IMG/VR virus record: IMGVR_UViG_3300029288_000065
Location: 96,001-160,000 of that record
Length of the DNA: 64,000 nucleotides
Source of the DNA: a virus
Taxonomy: Duplodnaviria; Caudoviricetes
Reading direction: 5' to 3' (one strand)
Part shown: piece by piece, positions 58,201 to 64,000 of the stretch
How positions within the stretch are numbered: position 1 is the first letter of the stretch
How the letters are laid out: each line of letters opens with the position of its first letter
The notes under the pieces: generated by a model
The model's input: the letters and a program-made list of their open reading frames with translations, nothing else
Database searches by the model: none
What the model was told of the DNA's origin: nothing
Program-made: the position numbers and the translations under genes

Positions 58201-61200
58201 TCTTAGCTTGATCTGTAACATACTTTTCATCTTCTGGCGCTGTTCCTCTCAGAGAAGCTCTGATTACTCTTGTAATTTCATCCAAAGACGGTTTTTGATT
58301 TTCACCCTCACCTTTAAAGTATGAAGGTTTTCCATTCCCCTTTTGATACACCCACACATTTTGCTGTGGGTGGAATTCTGCTGTTTCAGCTACTTCAAGT
58401 GCCTCTTCAGGAGTTAATTTTACTGATCTCATAACTATATCACGGAGTTGGTCTTTATCAGGCTTCGTTGGATCTTGTGGATCATTATCCAAATCGGTGT
58501 AATACCGGTCTGATTGTGGGTCGAACCAAGTATTTCTGCGTTTATCATTCTCAAGTGCTTTGAAGACCAGTTTTCTAGCTTCTTCACGTACATCGTCAAG
58601 TTCTTGCTGTTTCTTATAGAGTTGGAACTTGTAATATATTCTGTCCGCTGCTGCGTCAACCAATCCACCAATTGTGTCGAAGATCTGTTCGACTGTCCAA
58701 CCAGTACCTTGGAGTTTTTGATCCAACCATCTTTGGTAGGAATCATCATCTGAGAATGCTCTGGCAGAGAAAGGATCTGAGGGATCCAATTTCTGTTTGT
58801 AATCGTTTGGATTTACTACATCGGAAGACTGCATTATATCAGTAATTCTGTCTAAGGTACGGAGTGAACGTGGGTTTTCATAATTTGAGATTACAAGTTT
58901 GCGCCCGCTTCTCGTCTCATATTCCACTTGTTCTCTTCCATGTGATACTTCCATGGTCTGGCTTGGGTCTTGTGGATTTCTGGTACGAGGTCTATATCCC
59001 AATTGTGCGCCAAAGAGAGAAAGTGCGAGTTCAGCATCTCTCAGTGTCTGGAATGCGAAAAGTTTTTCTGGAGCTGTATCGTCATTCTCGATACTTCCAT
59101 CTTCAGCACGCTTAAGACCTATAGGAGCTTCAAAGTCAATCTTTCCGTTTTCATCAGAGAGGTAGATGCCCCAAAGGTAATCACCTGGTGTATTCCAAAT
59201 TTTCCTACCACCAACACCTCTCTTGGGTATAAATGGACTCTTTCCACCAGACTTCTTAACAACTACTTTTAGTAAGAGTGCTATTGGGTCTATGGTTTCT
59301 TCTGTTTCCATTGCATCTACTTCAAGTCTGTTATCAATATCACCAAATTTGGCCCTGGCATAATTCATAGCGTTTTCTTCAGCTGTCTTATTTCCATTTC
59401 TGGATGGGCCAGTAAAAACTTCCCGTTCTCTTTCTTGACCATCAAGATCTGTATATTTTACAATATACTTCCTGAATGGAATTACATTACCTTCTTGATC
59501 GGAATAAGTTTCTTGAATATTCCTAACAGATTCAGGATCGAAGCCTATCTTTGTGATTTCTCCACTACCAGGAGGGAATTCAACCGAGATTGGTCTACTA
59601 AAGAGACTATTATAAATCCTTTGCTTAACCTCATCGGTCAGTCTATTCCCGTAAAGGTTCAACAGGAATGATGCTTCGTTTTCTGCCTCATCACCAGATG
59701 AAGTTCTGGAGATCTTTATGTCATTCCTTCTAACTACAGCAAGGTCTAATGGTTCTCCGTAGTACAATCCTTTGATTGTAGCAAGTTGTTCATCGTTATT
59801 CACCCATTGGAATTCTTCAACTGAGATGGGGGTATGTTTCTCTGCTAGTTTTCCACCCTCTTCAACTTCTGTTCTAAACTGTGTACATGCTGCTATGATC
59901 TTGGGTTTTGCAGCTTTAAAGTCTGCAAAATAGATTCTGTTCTTGATTGCATTATAATTCTCATATAAGCTTTCTTTTTCTTGAGTATTCATTGGTTGAA
60001 TACCAAGGATGTCTCTGCGGACTTTGGATACCCATGGTCTTAGGTTTTCTGGTAGTTTGGATTCGACTTCTTCATCCGATGAAGGTGGTGCGTAGACTAT
60101 TTTTGGTTTTTTCTGGAATTTTATTTCATATGCGATTAGTCGTTCTGTGGTCTGTTCGTCTATTTCTTCATCCGACACTGATAATCCTTGATCGCGGCGG
60201 TAAAGCAATTCGTCCATCGCTTGTTCTTTAATAATCTTGACAGTCCATTCTGCGTCTTCTTCGTCATACTCTCCAGATTCCATTATCCTGGCACGTTCCT
60301 CTGGTTCCACTCTGAAGTATAATTCTTTGATGGAGTCAAGGGCATTTCTGGCGAACATTGTTGCCAGATGCTTTTTGGTTTCGTCCTGGAGGTCCCCTTC
60401 AATAATATTATAGACAGGTTGCTGAAGTCCAGGGGGTGGTACTTTTGATGCTGCTATCTGGAGTGTATCTGTGGGTGAGAGAGCTTCCAGATCTTGTGCT
60501 TCAGCCTTCTTCAGTTTTTCCAATGACAAAGTTAGAGCTTTTTGAGCATTTTCTATGCCTGAACCGGTCTGCTTGGCATTATTTAGGGTTTCCCTTTTTT
60601 CTATTACGTCTTGTTGTGCTCTGTCTACGTAGATTGCTACTAGGCCAGTTAGATTATGTTTCTTGAGGGCATTCTTTATGTCTGCGACGTATGTTGCTAT
60701 TTCTTGGGTCGTTGGTGTTTCGAGGTGTGTTGCTTGTTCTGCTGCTGATGCCCATTCGGATACTTTGGTCTTTATGTGGTTGGCTATGCTTTGGAGTACT
60801 GGTACTTGTTTTTCGTCAGTTGGGTCCATTCTTCGTACGATACCATCTATGGTTAGTCTGCCGTTACTCCATTCGGCATCTTTATCGCGTCTTAGGAATC
60901 TATCTGCCCATCGTCCTGCTGGTACCCAGGCACCGGTAGTACTTATGTCTTTTCTGGTGGCTGCTTTTTCTGTCTTTGCTTGTGGGATTACTCTATATCC
61001 CATCATGACTTTTAGGATATTGTCTGAGATTGTGGAGACCATTCTGTTTATTGGTGGTGTGAAATCTCTATTGTTGGTTGTTAGGTATGTGTTGATTGCT
61101 GGCAACATTCTTTGTAGTCTGGTGTACATCTGTTCTTTGTTGGCAGTTATTTCTGTTTCTTCTTCGGTTTCTGCCATCCCTGCCAATTCTGGGTGTTCTT

Positions 61201-61681
61201 CCTCTTCTCCTTCTGGGGTTTCTTCTTCTTTGTTGATTTCTGTTTCTTGGATTTTCTCCATTCCGATTGTAATTGCGGTTTGGAGTCCTTCGATAAATCC
61301 TACTGGATCTCCCCATCCCAGTCTTTGGAGTGTTTCTACGTCAAGTGTTTTTACGTCGCTTGATGGTAATCCCCGATTATCTTCGTCTTCTTCATCTATT
61401 GGGCTGTATATTTCTTCTGTGATCATATGGGGGTGTTTTTCTTTGATGTATTCATATACTATTCGTGCTTCTTGTTTAATTTCGTTGATTATTCCTTTGG
61501 GTCTGGCGCAACCGATGTGGACCAGTCCGATGCTTCTGAAGATGTGTCCCAGGTCTATTACTGATTCGCAGAGGGTACAAAAGTCTCTTTGGTATGCTAT
61601 TTCTTCCAGTACGCTGATTGGTAGACAGGAGTAATACTTTGGTTTGATTATCCAATTCTTCTTCCCTAATACAGTTGACAT
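55259..61681 (-). CDS. giant (2140 aa) protein containing sigma70-like regions
   Basis: LSLDQEI..LID..P..LTDRERNLLMLKFGL; SD GGAGG. Confidence 0.7.
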   Translation of the reverse strand: MSTVLGKKNWIIKPKYYSCLPISVLEEIAYQRDFCTLCESVIDLGHIFRSIGLVHIGCARPKGIINEIKQEARIVYEYIKEKHPHMITEEIYSPIDEEDEDNRGLPSSDVKTLDVETLQRLGWGDPVGFIEGLQTAITIGMEKIQETEINKEEETPEGEEEEHPELAGMAETEEETEITANKEQMYTRLQRMLPAINTYLTTNNRDFTPPINRMVSTISDNILKVMMGYRVIPQAKTEKAATRKDISTTGAWVPAGRWADRFLRRDKDAEWSNGRLTIDGIVRRMDPTDEKQVPVLQSIANHIKTKVSEWASAAEQATHLETPTTQEIATYVADIKNALKKHNLTGLVAIYVDRAQQDVIEKRETLNNAKQTGSGIENAQKALTLSLEKLKKAEAQDLEALSPTDTLQIAASKVPPPGLQQPVYNIIEGDLQDETKKHLATMFARNALDSIKELYFRVEPEERARIMESGEYDEEDAEWTVKIIKEQAMDELLYRRDQGLSVSDEEIDEQTTERLIAYEIKFQKKPKIVYAPPSSDEEVESKLPENLRPWVSKVRRDILGIQPMNTQEKESLYENYNAIKNRIYFADFKAAKPKIIAACTQFRTEVEEGGKLAEKHTPISVEEFQWVNNDEQLATIKGLYYGEPLDLAVVRRNDIKISRTSSGDEAENEASFLLNLYGNRLTDEVKQRIYNSLFSRPISVEFPPGSGEITKIGFDPESVRNIQETYSDQEGNVIPFRKYIVKYTDLDGQEREREVFTGPSRNGNKTAEENAMNYARAKFGDIDNRLEVDAMETEETIDPIALLLKVVVKKSGGKSPFIPKRGVGGRKIWNTPGDYLWGIYLSDENGKIDFEAPIGLKRAEDGSIENDDTAPEKLFAFQTLRDAELALSLFGAQLGYRPRTRNPQDPSQTMEVSHGREQVEYETRSGRKLVISNYENPRSLRTLDRITDIMQSSDVVNPNDYKQKLDPSDPFSARAFSDDDSYQRWLDQKLQGTGWTVEQIFDTIGGLVDAAADRIYYKFQLYKKQQELDDVREEARKLVFKALENDKRRNTWFDPQSDRYYTDLDNDPQDPTKPDKDQLRDIVMRSVKLTPEEALEVAETAEFHPQQNVWVYQKGNGKPSYFKGEGENQKPSLDEITRVIRASLRGTAPEDEKYVTDQAKKVYDGLEFIEGSLYWTDDILENGRPTWWKDVTPMEVAKKLVSNKNFTTKKVEEKVNELREGPEGRRMERSNPGFVRYVLFTINKELSNRFMAGPSRRITAHPAGGTWDVLIVSAPVQAYVMWIYTFLNPQDGKLYSHDGIRLKETGKIPDKDIPKTVEDVLNGKHFTEGFGPIRVAGRGGKPYVIRNDYERSEGRSSSQEFRDKIRQVNKTIRQVLNGYADKVKDEEGRSQTLNSAKNVALLDLSSDWNMKRYLNKFVFVRPIPLSTTLSLDQEIQGAGDKREQLIDTQKSLSVPTPDTIAQIHDTVDMIMKIPSLTDRERNLLMLKFGLHDDQAKVGFFRDLLGTKKVFKYEWHDPVTGFKMPANKNLWRDPETGMSFEASPTFDPDDEYFRELIRPDFDELVEHARNIKERFDTEQITDPKIMKNALRGVQDDQGVRKFTDTEVDTMLKMIGSLRKGDDPMKLFDEIIDRLESVQPREPDPKNPNDPILIKLTDDVRRELLRRKASNSWQDKESNFAISLPEGMDPQQNPEDVRRLVHQNLMASLDTDLELYATRQKVAAIKRQSAKTGEAIDPQQISNAIMMFAGEITGRLAKVDTEEYKANIASQAQEIAKRLKLREVSTTPEKRKVGPAIDTERIKKVNGTISTIRTKLRNAEPGPEEAKLTRDLADQEKLLEQLKNSRNFYDSKTGKYYSSSDIADIQLDISKDVRYVKYYSKKYGVTFPDKDDERAILLSLKNSKKQIKALSEMSDEDLVAIANELSNANIGPLADDLEVKFQAHRVGDENINTYDNEEDFLLALRDEAGYISKNLTSAHFAADSGGRISENTAVSLIDRLKEPNQEMVDSTISRILDAGPDETMLTALKSLMVGGGKWKNTSFDKIWDLYQKETDPNVKKVLQRYVGPAKYHPEKGEEGEEEEVITPSPAPPHGYYGIEARPGAKVTIPTGKSASREQELKRQEKLRQLGLKPGPSGDFEEI

Positions 61682-61727
61682 GTTGGTCCTCCGATTTATC
61701 TATATTTTTGCTTATTTTCGGAGGATA

Positions 61728-62345
61728 TTACTTTTTGGGCAATGTTGGGAGAGGTTTTTTGTTTACTGTATCTTTATCTCCCACCAATTTTTCTTGTCTG
61801 GGTATTGCTGCAAGTGGAATACCCAATTTCTTTAATGTATCGACACTACCAGCTCTTCGTCCTCGCTCTATTTTACTTAATTCTGCTGAGCTGATTCCTA
61901 CTTTGTCTGCTAATTCTTTTCTGGTTCCACCTTTTAGTTTCTTTTCTACTGCTTGTGATACTGCTTTGATGGTTGGTGTTTTTGCTTCACCTTCGAATAA
62001 TTCTTTGACTTTCTCTGCTGTTGGTTTTTCCAGGAATATGTTATTTGGGATTCGTTCAACTGCTTCTTGGACGATTTGGTATATTTCTTTTTCTGCTGGT
62101 ACTCCTCTGAAGTTAAAGATTTTGCGGACGAGGATATGGAGATCTTCGGCGGTTATTGCTGGTGGGATTATTTGTCTGCATTCACAGAGTTGAATATAGT
62201 TCTTTACTATTGCTAGAATATCTTCTGAAGTGAATGTATTTTTCAGTTCTTTTGATAATCTTTCCCAGAGTGGTCCTTTTAGTAATCCTCTGTAGAGGTC
62301 TATTTCGTCCAGGGCTACGGTTAGTTCTTGATCAAAGTTTCCCAT
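61728..62345 (-). CDS. XRE-family HTH protein
   Basis: TRKELADKVGISSAELSKIERGRR..SVDTLKKL. Confidence 0.85.
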   Translation of the reverse strand: MGNFDQELTVALDEIDLYRGLLKGPLWERLSKELKNTFTSEDILAIVKNYIQLCECRQIIPPAITAEDLHILVRKIFNFRGVPAEKEIYQIVQEAVERIPNNIFLEKPTAEKVKELFEGEAKTPTIKAVSQAVEKKLKGGTRKELADKVGISSAELSKIERGRRAGSVDTLKKLGIPLAAIPRQEKLVGDKDTVNKKPLPTLPKK

Positions 62346-62349
62346 GCTC

Positions 62350-62727
62350 TTATTTTTGCTTTATAATTTTACGACAATATTTCATCATAGTTTTCTTCTC
62401 TTTGTCTCTGAGTTCTGTTATAAATGAGAAACCTTTTTGGAATGGTGTTACTGTTTTCTTGGTGAAATTCACGCACCAATGTGATAATCCTGATTGTACT
62501 TCGAAACATATATCATTCTTTGGATTATTGTAATCCCACCCATCCATCGTGTATACTTCGCAGTGTGCTTTTCTAATTCTGTTGTTTAGTCTCTCCCATA
62601 TTATCATATAGAAATTACCAATCATATTGTGCTCGTGTTCTCTTCGGTACGACATGATGGGGTTTACTTGTGGGAGTGGTGTTACAACTAATAACTTCTT
62701 CGCGACACTGGGGTAATTTAGTGCCAT
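62350..62727 (-). CDS. hypothetical protein
   Basis: 125 aa; N-terminus VAKKLLVVTPLPQ. Confidence 0.55.
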   Translation of the reverse strand: MALNYPSVAKKLLVVTPLPQVNPIMSYRREHEHNMIGNFYMIIWERLNNRIRKAHCEVYTMDGWDYNNPKNDICFEVQSGLSHWCVNFTKKTVTPFQKGFSFITELRDKEKKTMMKYCRKIIKQK

Positions 62728-63071
62728 GGTTCACCTTTGGAGTTATTTATAATATATTCTATAATAAATTGGCTTATATTTTCAAACATTTTAGGGTTAG
62801 CGATTTCAAAATATTTGCAGTCTGAATGTGTGGAATTATATTTTGTGAGTTTGGTAAACACATATAACATGTCTCTTTCCCATGAGAAATCTACATGCCA
62901 ATGGTATTTCCCTTTATAAATTACATTCCACCATACCCATTGAATTGGTATTGAAGATCTGACACAAAAGAATTCCGCTTCTTTCTCTATTTCGGTCATT
63001 GTCGTTTCAGCGATTTTTTCTACCAGATCTCTTTCTTTAAAATTATCCTTCATTGAGAACATTTTTCCCAT
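62718..63071 (-). CDS. small protein, FEIANP family
   Basis: FEIANPKMF. Confidence 0.6.
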   Translation of the reverse strand: MGKMFSMKDNFKERDLVEKIAETTMTEIEKEAEFFCVRSSIPIQWVWWNVIYKGKYHWHVDFSWERDMLYVFTKLTKYNSTHSDCKYFEIANPKMFENISQFIIEYIINNSKGEPWH

Positions 63072-63999
63072 CCTTTACTGTCGCCTGGAAGAACTTTTGT
63101 GCGGCTGTTTCAAGATGTTTATTTTGGTTCTTCCAGGCGGTCAGTTCATTGATTTCTTTATCGAGCATTTCCCTTTCTCTTGAAATGTCAACCAATCTCT
63201 GAGTATATCTGATGTAGGTGATAACTTCGTCGATTGTAGGCTGGATGGATTCTCCTGGCTCTGGATGGATGATTGACGGTTGTTGTTCTACTATTGGCGC
63301 AATCTTGACTTCCGGAGCCATCTTCTGTAGAACAGATCCAATCTTCTCTGTAGTTTCAGTTGCCTTTTGAAGGATTTGTGATGTTATTGGTATTCCTATT
63401 TCAATTAACCCTTCTTGGGTTAATGTGAAATGATCCCCTTTCTTTTCTAGGAATGGTTTCCATTTCACCGCTGTGTAAAGAGATCTAAATATACAAACAA
63501 CACCTCTTTTAGCAACATCCTTTGCATTATACTTGGTTTTTAACCAAGCAATCATATAATCATATGCTTCTTCCTTTTGTGCTGGTTTATCTCCAAATTT
63601 TGCAAAAAATGCTTCCAAAAATTCAATCCGTCTTTTAGGAAGTTTTGTATATGCAAGAAGTTCCAAATGTCCATCAGGATTTGGGATACCTGTAAAGACA
63701 TCGTTCTTGTCTGGATTTTCAGCGATACCGCTGGGAATGAAGCATTTATATGGTTCTTTTTTGTTGTCTGCAATTCCTACTCGGATGATCTTCCCGACTG
63801 GAAATTTATATAAGTCATTTCTGTCATAACTTTCCGATACTGACGGATCAGAGAGATCTACGAATCCTTTGTGTCTCTCATCGATTAGAATTTCCATTCC
63901 GTATCCTTTGTGTGCTATTACTTTGGCTGTTTTGAATTGGTTGACGGAAAATTCTGTTTCTTGTTGTGGTTCTTCAGTCGTGGTTTCTGCTTGTTCAAC
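63043..63999 (-). CDS. protein with S1-like OB-fold segment (runs off the window end)
   Basis: frame open to the window edge; AKVIAHKGYGMEILID..KGFVDLSD...FPVGKIIRV. Confidence 0.5.
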   Translation of the reverse strand, partial: VEQAETTTEEPQQETEFSVNQFKTAKVIAHKGYGMEILIDERHKGFVDLSDPSVSESYDRNDLYKFPVGKIIRVGIADNKKEPYKCFIPSGIAENPDKNDVFTGIPNPDGHLELLAYTKLPKRRIEFLEAFFAKFGDKPAQKEEAYDYMIAWLKTKYNAKDVAKRGVVCIFRSLYTAVKWKPFLEKKGDHFTLTQEGLIEIGIPITSQILQKATETTEKIGSVLQKMAPEVKIAPIVEQQPSIIHPEPGESIQPTIDEVITYIRYTQRLVDISREREMLDKEINELTAWKNQNKHLETAAQKFFQATVKDGKNVLNEG

Positions 64000-64000
64000 T

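Noticed and set aside
60663-61634. 323-aa plus-strand ORF (also 19237..19917 on the minus strand)
   Set aside because: Ser-rich antisense shadows of Glu-rich genes.
1-64000. Genome-wide TAG reassignment (code 15)
   Set aside because: Many genes end in TAG immediately before the next start (e.g. 2366, 2700, 18560), and the multi-kb ORFs have no internal TAG.

Overview
A gene-dense, AT-rich stretch most consistent with a jumbo ('huge') bacteriophage genome. It has bacterial SD sites, tightly coupled small ORFs, tRNA genes, tmk and very large acidic virion-type proteins. About two dozen genes encode surface-glycan enzymes: GT9-, GT4- and GT-A-like transferases, two Gmd-family enzymes, an NDP-sugar C-methyltransferase, FkbM, and sulfo- and pyruvyl-transferases. 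The most striking element is a minus-strand translation-control module at about 26.6-28.9 kb that the ORF track largely misses. It comprises (i) an amber-suppressor tRNA (anticodon CUA); (ii) a 13-codon leader ORF (Met-Arg-TAG-...-Pro-Pro-TAA) whose amber read-through would drive a ribosome into a 13-bp hairpin that hides the SD of the next gene; (iii) a peptidyl-tRNA hydrolase 2-like gene broken by an in-frame amber in the same TAG-GTA-C context; and (iv) a 172-nt tRNA-like RNA with greatly extended arms. TAG is otherwise used as a normal stop here, so this looks like an amber-gated operon rather than genome-wide recoding. Other highlights are a 2140-aa protein with sigma70-like regions, a shared N-terminal MLKS..PGFP.LR tag on unrelated enzymes, an FkbM gene completed only via a -1 shift at A_AAA_AAG, a ubiquitin-like protein, a PilC-N-terminus mimic, a candidate unimolecular spanin and two dispersed paralog families. 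All family assignments come from motif recognition by eye, not from database searches.
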